In this document: in pieces, positions 10,643 through 18,400 of the stretch
Layout: every line of letters starts with the position of its first letter
How positions within the stretch are numbered: position 1 is the first letter of the stretch
NCBI GenBank assembly: GCA_016932045.1
Contig: JAFGDO010000002.1
Location: 66,553 to 130,552 of the forward strand
DNA length: 64,000 bases
Direction: 5' to 3'
Source of the DNA: Candidatus Dojkabacteria bacterium
Lineage (GTDB): Bacteria > Patescibacteriota > Dojkabacteria > JAHIVN01
Program-made: the position numbers and the translations under genes
Notes under the pieces: model-generated
Told to the model about the DNA's origin: nothing
What the model saw: only the letters and a program-made list of their open reading frames with translations
Databases searched by the model: none

Positions 10643-11044
10643 ATGGCCAATGTTACAACGGATATTATGATTATTCGGGGTTTGCAAGGGAATATGAAAG
10701 CAACTGTTTCGAATCTTCTAAAGGATACTGATCTTGGTAGTATGAAAAGTAAATTAAGAAGCCTTCAGAATTTAAATAGTAGTATTTGTCAGAAGTTGCA
10801 ATATGTAGCTACCATCTCTTTTAAGCTAGGCGGCAAGACTCATGTGAATGCAAATACTATCTGTAATATCCACAATCAAATAGGCACTCTTATTAGTAGT
10901 GCACTAAACAAGAATGATTCGGAAAGTTTGAAGTCGACTGCACAATCAATAAGCCAGCAAATAAGTACTGCAAATGCAAAAGCGAGTACAATGGAATCAG
11001 AAGAAAGAACTGTAGGACCATTTAAGAATAAAAATATACTTTGA
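10643..11044 (+). CDS. Hypothetical protein
   Basis: 133-aa ORF filling the gap; predicted helical; no recognisable motif. Confidence 0.6.
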   Translation: MANVTTDIMIIRGLQGNMKATVSNLLKDTDLGSMKSKLRSLQNLNSSICQKLQYVATISFKLGGKTHVNANTICNIHNQIGTLISSALNKNDSESLKSTAQSISQQISTANAKASTMESEERTVGPFKNKNIL

Positions 11045-11046
11045 CT

Positions 11047-11955
11047 TTAGAATAGTTTCTTAATCTTCTGCGCCTTGTTACCGAGTTGAACTAGATTTAA
11101 CTGTTTGGAAGTATCAGTTTTAAATGGGGTTATTCTTGTAGCTATCTCGTGTTTTTTACATAAGTTCTTGAAGAGTTTATTTAGTTTTTTAGCATTTCTT
11201 GCAGCACAGCTATATCTTTCTCCAAAGCTTTTTCTATACTTTTGCGATAAACCCGGGAATAGTTCATCTAATTTCCGGTAGTAATAATCACGCTGTCTAT
11301 CTCGTAGAGTCATTCCAAATGAGGGGATTATGTACTTGGCTTTAGCATAATGAGCTTTCTTTACGATAGCTGTAATATTTTCTTCTGTATCTTCAAGAAA
11401 TGGTAAAATCGGCATCATGGTAATTCCTGCATATATTCCGTGCTCAGAAAGAGTTTTAATTGCTTTATAACGTTTTGAAACTAAGGGAGCATTAGGTTCT
11501 ACTTTTTTACCTAGTTCATCATCTGCGGTAGTGATTGTGAAGCTTACTGCCGCATATACTTTACTGATTTCCTTTAGAACGTCTAGGTCACGTAAGACTA
11601 GGTCACTTTTTGTTAGAATATGTACTGGAAATTTAAACTCAGCTATGACCTCGAGAGCTTTTCTTGTAAGTTTTAATTTTCGCTCAAGAGGCATGTAGCA
11701 ATCATTCATGGCACCAAACCCGATTGTTCCTTTAACGCGCTTTCGTGGAAGTTCTTTCTTGAGAAGTTCTACGGCATTTATCTTTACCAGGATATCATTA
11801 AAGTTCTCTATTCTGTAACACTCGCTTCTTGAATCACAATAGATGCATTGATGTTGGCACCCTCTATACAGGTTCATGTTATATTTTAAACCGAACCATG
11901 GGTCGGGCTGCCTGTAATGTGAAAGTAGAACTTTTGCCTTAATTTCCTTTATCAT
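11047..11955 (-). CDS. Radical SAM protein, SplB/Rv2578c-like
   Basis: MNLYRGCQHQCIYCDSR (CxxxCxxC), ILTKSDLVLRD, EP. Confidence 0.9.
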   Translation of the reverse strand: MIKEIKAKVLLSHYRQPDPWFGLKYNMNLYRGCQHQCIYCDSRSECYRIENFNDILVKINAVELLKKELPRKRVKGTIGFGAMNDCYMPLERKLKLTRKALEVIAEFKFPVHILTKSDLVLRDLDVLKEISKVYAAVSFTITTADDELGKKVEPNAPLVSKRYKAIKTLSEHGIYAGITMMPILPFLEDTEENITAIVKKAHYAKAKYIIPSFGMTLRDRQRDYYYRKLDELFPGLSQKYRKSFGERYSCAARNAKKLNKLFKNLCKKHEIATRITPFKTDTSKQLNLVQLGNKAQKIKKLF

Positions 11956-12009
11956 AACGGTAATATTATATCATTTGAGGAGTAAGAGAGGTTTGTGTTA
12001 TGAAGAAAA

Positions 12010-12600
12010 TTATGCTTTTAAGAATGATGTTATGTTCTCATCTACCTTTTCTTTACTCTTTATGACTATGAGAATGTCTTCTAGAACTCCTATTTGGCCA
12101 AGTATTGCAAAGGCTAATAGTAAAGGGATGCTAAAAATACCCAATAAGGATAAAACCATCCAAGCAACAAAGAAGTATTGTGAAATTCGTGAACTTGTTA
12201 GGTGGAATGTGCAGAGCTTTTTTGCATATGCAAGATTAAATAATTTTGAAACGATATAAGACGTGAGGAGAATCCCGAAGATTAAAATTATCAGATTTAG
12301 ATAATTTACAATTTCGTCTCTTATTATTATTACTGTAGTAATGAGAAATATCCCAAGAAAAGTGTAGTCTGCAATGGTGTCCAGCTTTCTTCCCTTATCA
12401 GAACTCACCTTCCATTTTCTTGCTAATGGCCCGTCGATTAGCTCGGTTAGTTCAAGTATGAAGAAAAATAATATAAATGAAGTTCTCGAGGAATAGAGCC
12501 CAAGATAAATTAAAACTGGAGAAAGAAGTAATCTAGCAAATGATAGTATTGTAGGAATTTTTTTCTTTAATGATTCATGCATGGTTTTGTTAATTTTCAA
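12010..12600 (-). CDS. CDP-alcohol phosphatidyltransferase family protein
   Basis: ELIDGPLARKWKVSSDKGRKLDTIAD matches the family motif, with the first Asp replaced by Glu. Confidence 0.88.
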   Translation of the reverse strand: MKINKTMHESLKKKIPTILSFARLLLSPVLIYLGLYSSRTSFILFFFILELTELIDGPLARKWKVSSDKGRKLDTIADYTFLGIFLITTVIIIRDEIVNYLNLIILIFGILLTSYIVSKLFNLAYAKKLCTFHLTSSRISQYFFVAWMVLSLLGIFSIPLLLAFAILGQIGVLEDILIVIKSKEKVDENITSFLKA

Positions 12601-12665
12601 TAATTTTTATAGAAATTGCCAGAATCATCTATATAGGGATTTGACAAATCAAATCCTTACAATTT

Positions 12666-13289
12666 TTATTGAACCCTTTTCAAGAATTTCTTAGCGGCTT
12701 TTCGTGCTCTTGGACTATCAGAATTCTGCATAGTCTCTGCAAACTTTATAATTTTTTCTTTTTCAGGTATCTCTTGGTAATTCGAACTAAATGTATCGAG
12801 TGCATTAGTCTTTACATAATCGGCTCGATTTTTGAGGGGGTATGTTTTTTCTACATTAAGTAATTTCTTGATAATTTTTAATCTTAATTTAGGTTTTGCT
12901 TTAAAAATTTTGTCTGTATTGGACGCGAGATGACAGGCTATCATTATTTTCTTGTCATTTAGAAGTTCGAAGTATTTATCAAATATTTTATCGAACTTAC
13001 TCTGGGGATCAGATCTTGAGAGATTGGCAAGAATAAAGACGGGCTGAATCCTATGAAATGCATTATCACTTTTGAGTAATGCTGTAAAGTGGTCCCAATG
13101 TGGATATAAGAGCTTTGGGTGTTTGTCGCTTAGAAATATGAGTGCTTTAAAGCTTGAAAAACGTGACTGCTCATCTTTGGCAGTCATATTCTCAAGCATT
13201 TCTTCAAGAAACTTTTGATCCTTTAAAGCTTTTTTTGCTAGTCTTTTTGTTTTGGTATCAGGTTTTTCTATGTTGAAAAGTGAGCCCAT
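12666..13289 (-). CDS. Hypothetical alpha-helical (HEAT/ARM-like) protein
   Basis: 207-aa ORF with helical-repeat character. Confidence 0.65.
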   Translation of the reverse strand: MGSLFNIEKPDTKTKRLAKKALKDQKFLEEMLENMTAKDEQSRFSSFKALIFLSDKHPKLLYPHWDHFTALLKSDNAFHRIQPVFILANLSRSDPQSKFDKIFDKYFELLNDKKIMIACHLASNTDKIFKAKPKLRLKIIKKLLNVEKTYPLKNRADYVKTNALDTFSSNYQEIPEKEKIIKFAETMQNSDSPRARKAAKKFLKRVQ

Positions 13290-13374
13290 AGATTAAGGTA
13301 AATAGTTGTATAGTTAGATAGCTGCATTGTTTCATTGTCAATTTTTAATTCTTCATTCTCAATTACTCAATTGT

Positions 13375-13413
13375 ATATCTGTATCATTGAATAATCGGAT
13401 AATTGTTATATTG
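13375..13413 (+). repeat. Degenerate octamer-periodic tract; direct repeat copy 1
   Basis: 34/39 identity to 14737-14775. Confidence 0.65.
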
Positions 13414-13489
13414 CAATATTGTCATATTGTTGGATAACTAGATCCCGCTAAGCGGGAGATAGCCGGATAACTATTCTGCTGTTTTCTCT

Positions 13490-13906
13490 TCAGCCTTTTA
13501 GATTGTATGATTCCTTCAACCAGCCCATTAATTCTTTGTCAATCTCTTTTCCCGATCGAACATCAAGGCAAATTTTATAAGTGCTCTTTGACATCGGTAC
13601 ACAATTATCTATTCGCTTATTTTTAATTTTTTCGTTCCAGGCAAATCGTACCTCAATTCGGTCTTTTTTCGGAAGAATTGCTATGAAATCATAACAGCCG
13701 AAAAGATGGATACAACACGGAAGCGAGATAACCTTGACAGGGCCTATTTCCGTTGTTATTTTTGTCTTTAGATATTCAAATAAAGGTTTAGCAATTTCCT
13801 CTTTCCCTTCAAAGTGTTTTTCAATTGGAAACTTTTTGCAGGAATGCATCTGATTCTTTTTTGCAAAAATTCTTCCGCATTTGGGGCATGTCCAGTGTGT
13901 ACTCAT
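13490..13906 (-). CDS. DUF5655-like protein with N-terminal zinc-binding motif (likely start MSTHW)
   Basis: WTCPKCGRIF...HSC and IDKELMGWLKESY motifs. Confidence 0.7.
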   Translation of the reverse strand: MSTHWTCPKCGRIFAKKNQMHSCKKFPIEKHFEGKEEIAKPLFEYLKTKITTEIGPVKVISLPCCIHLFGCYDFIAILPKKDRIEVRFAWNEKIKNKRIDNCVPMSKSTYKICLDVRSGKEIDKELMGWLKESYNLKG

Positions 13907-14124
13907 TTGCTTTAGTATGAATAATATTAGAAACACAGCTTAATGATACACGAAGAAGAGAAGGTGGTAAAGATGGCTAGAATGGTCTAGAAGATTAAAC
14001 TGATTGAGATGACTAATTTTCACTTCGATTTGCTTGATCATCCATATTTGTGTTTGCTTTATTGACGAGGTTTCAACTTGTGTTAATATGTTGGGAGTAT
14101 AATTAAATTATTACCAACTTATTT

Positions 14125-14703
14125 ATGCAACAAGTTCAAGGGTCGTCTGGTGGTTCTAAAAACACACTTTTATGGATCCTTGTGATTGGAGCGGTTTTAG
14201 TTGTTATAGGAATATTTTGTGCATTTCTTGGAGGAGTAGCAATGTACTGGATGATAGTTAGGGTAGAGGATGGCGAGATTGTTGAACATTACGACACTTC
14301 CACAACTGCAACTACAGTACCGGCTCAGCCTCCAACCGATACAAAACCAAAACTCGGGACAATAAAGGGGTCTGTTGGATATCCTAGTGATTTTCTTCCT
14401 TCGATGGAAGTCTGTGCCGAGGATGTAAATACAGGTGATTATCTTGATTGTGCAGTGATTATTGGAAATGGACATGAGGATTTTGCAGGACTCGATTACA
14501 CATTGAAAGTACCTCCGGGTAGCTATTATGTTTTTGCAATAATTACAGAGGAAGGAGACCCAAATAAGATGGATGTTGCTTATTATACAGAATTTGTAAA
14601 ATGCGGTATGTATGCGACCTGCACCTCACATCAGAATGTTATTGTTATTGTTGCTGAGAATCAGGTTTTGACCGGTATTAATCCTGTGGATTGGTATGAG
14701 TAG
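14125..14703 (+). CDS. Membrane-anchored exported hypothetical protein
   Basis: N-terminal TM, Thr/Pro linker, Cys-containing beta domain ending PVDWYE. Confidence 0.7.
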   Translation: MQQVQGSSGGSKNTLLWILVIGAVLVVIGIFCAFLGGVAMYWMIVRVEDGEIVEHYDTSTTATTVPAQPPTDTKPKLGTIKGSVGYPSDFLPSMEVCAEDVNTGDYLDCAVIIGNGHEDFAGLDYTLKVPPGSYYVFAIITEEGDPNKMDVAYYTEFVKCGMYATCTSHQNVIVIVAENQVLTGINPVDWYE

Positions 14704-14736
14704 AAGCATAGTTAAATTGTTCAATTGCTTCATTGA

Positions 14737-14775
14737 ATATCAGTATCCTTGAATAATTGGATAATTGCTATATGG
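14737..14775 (+). repeat. Degenerate octamer-periodic tract; direct repeat copy 2
   Basis: 34/39 identity to 13375-13413. Confidence 0.65.
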
Positions 14776-14824
14776 ATGGATAGCTAGATAGTTGGATAGC
14801 TGTGAGCTCCAAGAGGAAAGCGAG

Positions 14825-15088
14825 CTAATGATCATCCCCATTTAGTATCTCCTTAGTTTCCTGTTTTGACTCTGTTACTTCCTGTCCGATTTGTGTTAGA
14901 AGATCTCCGATTAAAGGAACGTTTCTTGTCTTTACAAACACGAAACTTATAAGTCCAATAATGAGTGTAGCACCAATTGCTGAGCCTACTCCCCAGGCTA
15001 TTCCTCCGATAAGATTATCAAGTATTATTTGTTTTCGTGAACGAAGGTAGATTTTTAGAAAATTTTGCTTGGGTTCTTGTTTTGGCAA
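14825..15088 (-). CDS. DUF5665-like small membrane protein
   Basis: NLIGGIAWGVGSAIGAT and VPLIGD motifs. Confidence 0.75.
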   Translation of the reverse strand: MPKQEPKQNFLKIYLRSRKQIILDNLIGGIAWGVGSAIGATLIIGLISFVFVKTRNVPLIGDLLTQIGQEVTESKQETKEILNGDDH

Positions 15089-15368
15089 TTGGGTTTTAGG
15101 TTCTATAAATTATTTTACAGATTTGATAGAAGTAATTCTATATCATTTGTGAGAAGAGTAGAAGGTCATATTTGAAGCAACAAATGTTGATTAAATCACT
15201 TGTGTCAAAGCATACTTTATACTCAGTAAGTTTTTGTTTTCTATCTTAAACAGATTGACTTTGGTATAATATTCTATCTATAATCTTTTGCTTTCTACTC
15301 AATTGCAGTTTTAAATTACGAACAGTAGAATTACTTATTGATCATTTATAATTATTATTTGGGGGAAT

Positions 15369-15508
15369 GCCAAGGTGGCGCCCGCCTGCATCGCAATGCG
15401 AAGCATTGCGGGCAGGGAATTGCTCAATGAGAGGTTAGTGATTTTGAGCTTGGCGAGGAAGAACTTACCCGAATTAGTCCCGATGTGTTTGTCGAATCGG
15501 GAGTAGAC
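15369..15508 (+). pseudogene. Interrupted 5' half of a tRNA-Leu (outer shell)
   Basis: GCCAAGGTGGCG[36-nt hairpin]GAATTG[80-nt insert]GTAGAC, compared with intact GCCGAGGTGGTGAAATTGGTAGAC. Confidence 0.7.
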
Positions 15509-15548
15509 TATGATTAATAATTGCTCTTTAAAACATTAGCCTTATGTT

Positions 15549-15632
15549 GCCGAGGTGGTGAAATTGGTAGACACGCAGCCTTGAGGTGGCTGTGCCCTTA
15601 CCGGTGTGTGGGTTCAACTCCCACCCTCGGCA
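15549..15632 (+). tRNA. tRNA-Leu(GAG)
   Basis: Acceptor GCCGAGG/CCTCGGC+A; anticodon arm CAGCC-TTGAGGT-GGCTG; long variable arm; T arm GTGGG-TTCAACT-CCCAC; CCA not encoded. Confidence 0.96.
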
Positions 15633-15661
15633 TTGATAACTTAACAAATAATAGTTTATGT

Positions 15662-15789
15662 CGGTGTGTGGGTTCTCCCATAAGAGTCTTTGACTTTACG
15701 GGACTAATTCGGGTAACAAAAACTTCTAATCCTTCGATAAATTCGGGATTGAAGTTTTTGAGTCTCATTGAGAACTCCCACCCTCGGCA
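15662..15789 (+). pseudogene. Interrupted 3' half of a tRNA-Leu (outer shell)
   Basis: CGGTGTGTGGGTTC[97-nt insert]AACTCCCACCCTCGGCA; the 31 flanking nt are identical to the intact tRNA 3' end. Confidence 0.85.
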
Positions 15790-15889
15790 GTTAAAAGCTT
15801 GTTTAGTAGATTTTTTTAATCTAGTTTTGATATACTGGATAAGTTCTTTCCGGATAATTCGTGTTGAGAGTTTAGAATTTACTCTCGAT

Positions 15890-15928
15890 GGGGTGTTAGT
15901 TCAGTTGGCCTGTCTGCCGACAGGCAGG
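15890..15928 (+). pseudogene. 5' tRNA(Asp-like) fragment interrupted by a palindrome
   Basis: GGGGTGTTAGTTCAGTTGG followed by the near-palindrome CCTGTCTGCCGACAGGCAGG. Confidence 0.6.
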
Positions 15929-15955
15929 CGCGGAAGGAAGCAGTAAGAATCAAGT

Positions 15956-16029
15956 GGGGCTGTAGCTCAATTGGCTAGAGCACTCGCCTGTCACGCGAGA
16001 GGTTGTGGGTTCGATCCCCATCAGCCCCG
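15956..16029 (+). tRNA. tRNA-Asp(GTC)
   Basis: Acceptor GGGGCTG/CAGCCCC+G; anticodon arm CTCGC-CTGTCAC-GCGAG; T arm GTGGG-TTCGATC-CCCAT. Confidence 0.96.
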
Positions 16030-16089
16030 TTCGATAAATTTTGAACTTTGTTCAAAATTTCCTCACGGCAAGTCGTTCTTATCAGAGAT

Positions 16090-16138
16090 GGTTCGACTGG
16101 CTATGAGCTTGTCGAATTGAGTCCCGTACCCCCCGCCA
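16090..16138 (+). pseudogene. 3' tRNA(Asp-like) fragment with T-loop hairpin insert
   Basis: GGTTCGAC...GTCGAATT then GAGTCCCGTACCCCCCGCCA (T-stem strand, acceptor strand, G73, CCA). Confidence 0.65.
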
Positions 16139-16252
16139 CGTAAAATTCGTTGCGCTCATCGGATGGCGAGCCGAGTCATAATCAGAAATCAATTAGTCTA
16201 CATTCCTGCATAAGCCTATTGAATATTAGGCTTTTTCAAGTATAATTTCTAC

Positions 16253-16567
16253 GTGATGTACAAAGTAATTACTTTTTGTCCAAACAACTCAATAGATAAA
16301 GTTATAAGTGCTATGGCCGAGGCTGGTGCTGGAAATGTCGGTAACTATTCTCACTGTGCTTTTATAACAAAAGGTGAAGGGAATTGGTTTTCAGGTAAAG
16401 GTTCAAACCCTACAATTGGTCAGGTAGGTAAAATTAGCCGTGAAAAAGAGAATAAAATCGAAATGGTATGCCCTAAGAATAAGTTAAAGAGTGTAGTAGA
16501 AGCAATAAAGAGGAGTCACCCGTATGAAGAACCCGAGATTAATGTATATGAATTAGTTGCTGTTTAA
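16253..16567 (+). CDS. Stand-alone PII-like domain of the Nif3/YqfO family
   Basis: AGAGNVGNYSHCAF, GSNPTIGQVG and HPYEEP motifs. Confidence 0.88.
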   Translation: MMYKVITFCPNNSIDKVISAMAEAGAGNVGNYSHCAFITKGEGNWFSGKGSNPTIGQVGKISREKENKIEMVCPKNKLKSVVEAIKRSHPYEEPEINVYELVAV

Positions 16568-16632
16568 TTACTAACTCAAAAAATAAAACTTAACTATTCC
16601 TATATTAAAAAGCAAAAGAAACGTGTTAAAGA

Positions 16633-17274
16633 CTATACTTTCAGTCCGCACTCAGGACAGAATTTGGCATTTGTACCTAACTTTGCACCACAGCCTACAC
16701 ATTTATGGTCAGATACTATCTCTGCACCGCATTCAGTACAGAATTTTGAGTGAGCTTTCACTGTTGCATTACATTTTGGACATACAGCTTTTTTTACATC
16801 GTCCCAATCCTTCTCTCCCAAATGTTTATCTTCTTTGGCCATTCGGGCATGTGCAAATGCTTCGTCTCTAGAATGCTGAGCTTGTGCGGATGACATCTCT
16901 TCTCCAAGTTCGGGGGCACACTCCTTGCATAGACCGCGTTCGTTGTTCCAACATACTTCTTTGCATACCCATGTCCCACATCTTTTGCATTGTATAAATT
17001 TGGGATAGATTTCTTTAACAGCCTCGTCTAAGGCTTTATCATGTTGTGGTCCTGCTGCCATTCTGTGTACATCGTCTGATGATGAAGCAACAGATGATGC
17101 CGCTCCTCCAAATATATTTCCAACAACATTTAACGCACCCGACAGTACACCGGTTGTGGACTTTTTAAAAGTACTCATATATCCGTTTCCGCACTTTTCG
17201 CATATAAACTTGAATTGATATCCGGATTCATTCGACATATCTTCGTAGTTATCTGTAAATGGTATGTTGGCCAC
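16633..17274 (-). CDS. Multi-zinc-ribbon (double zinc ribbon) protein
   Basis: FTDNYEDMS...CEKCGNGY start, repeated CxxC pairs, C-terminal AKFCPECG. Confidence 0.85.
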   Translation of the reverse strand: MANIPFTDNYEDMSNESGYQFKFICEKCGNGYMSTFKKSTTGVLSGALNVVGNIFGGAASSVASSSDDVHRMAAGPQHDKALDEAVKEIYPKFIQCKRCGTWVCKEVCWNNERGLCKECAPELGEEMSSAQAQHSRDEAFAHARMAKEDKHLGEKDWDDVKKAVCPKCNATVKAHSKFCTECGAEIVSDHKCVGCGAKLGTNAKFCPECGLKV

Positions 17275-17546
17275 ATGAGTAAGTTAACAAATTAAACAAA
17301 GAAAACAGACTTTGGAGACTAACGAAAGAAGTATAGCAGTATTTGATGAAACTATCAATTACTGCCCCTTGCATCGTCTGCAACATAATAAGGGGCATAA
17401 TTGATATTAATTTTTTTGTTTTGTTAAAAAATTTTTCTATGATAGTTGATTAAAAAACCTATAAAGTTCCTAGGATCTACGAAGATAAAATTTTCTGATA
17501 GAATGGAAACTGCAAATGTAGTAATTATCTGAATCAGTGGGAAAAT

Positions 17547-18398
17547 ATGCCAAAGAATTTTTCTGTGTTCCTTGTAGAGAAGGTTGGTCGTCTTCTACTA
17601 AAAGGGATAAGAAAGCCAGATAGAGAAGTAGAAGATATATTTTTGAAGTACAAGACTGAAATAAATGAACTTTATAAACAGAAATTGTACTGGCATGGAA
17701 CAGGTCGTTTCCAGTATGTTTCAGAAAAGGGGAAAGTAGAAGATATCTTGAAAATGATAATTGGAAGCGATGGACTAGTACCTCATAAAAAGTTTGCCCA
17801 AATTGATAATAGAGAAAAGCTCAGAAACACCATATCATTGTCTAAGATAAGGATGTATGCTTCTATATTTGCACAGATGCACAAAGATGCAGGGAGTAAA
17901 GAATACTTTTTATTTGGCAAAAGATTATTTTGGTTGCTTGCTATTCTATTCTGTAACTTTTTAGATAATCCCATTCGTATCCTGTCTCAAACTTTACATT
18001 ATTCTCTCTTGGGAGGAAAAGAGCAGATGATTTCTATGCAATCGAGAGTCTGTCGAAAGGAAAGAATAAAAGATTTTAAATTATTCATCCTACAGTATTT
18101 GCATATGTCGACGTTAAACTCCGATATAAGTGGAAACTATCCGATACTTATTGCTGTAAAAAGGGAGGGAATAAAGTTACTAAAACCTGTCCATAGAATT
18201 GATCTATATGAAGAAAAAACCGAAGAACCCATACATTTTAGTGGAGTTTCACATATAGAAGTCCCTTATGCAGCGATAAAAAGTACTAGTTCTATATTAA
18301 GGGAAGCTCATAAGAATATCAGAATTATTCCAATAGAAGCATCAGAATTTTATCTTTATGAGAAATTCTCAATAAAAGACTTGTTATCACCAATTTAG
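17547..18398 (+). CDS. Hypothetical protein, possible ADP-ribosyltransferase-like fold
   Basis: LYWHGT...DGLVP...ISLSKIRMYASIFA pattern. Confidence 0.55.
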   Translation: MPKNFSVFLVEKVGRLLLKGIRKPDREVEDIFLKYKTEINELYKQKLYWHGTGRFQYVSEKGKVEDILKMIIGSDGLVPHKKFAQIDNREKLRNTISLSKIRMYASIFAQMHKDAGSKEYFLFGKRLFWLLAILFCNFLDNPIRILSQTLHYSLLGGKEQMISMQSRVCRKERIKDFKLFILQYLHMSTLNSDISGNYPILIAVKREGIKLLKPVHRIDLYEEKTEEPIHFSGVSHIEVPYAAIKSTSSILREAHKNIRIIPIEASEFYLYEKFSIKDLLSPI

Positions 18399-18400
18399 AG

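Noticed and set aside
13306-13480. Possible CRISPR array in periodic intergenic tracts (also 14708-14803, 32651-32740)
   Set aside because: These are degenerate 7-8 nt units with no repeat-spacer structure and no cas genes.
15423-15772. Group I intron or BHB-type tRNA intron
   Set aside because: Inserts are under 100 nt, lie in D/T loops, and show no recognisable group I core or clear BHB motif by eye.
15662-15789. tRNA 3'-end duplication as attR of an integrated element
   Set aside because: Only about 30 nt separate it from the tRNA, there is no integrase nearby, and a matching 5' half is also present. A scar of an old element cannot be fully excluded.
15521-15946. 141-aa ORF in the ORF track
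   Set aside because: It overlaps tRNA-Leu and the structured repeats; spurious translation.
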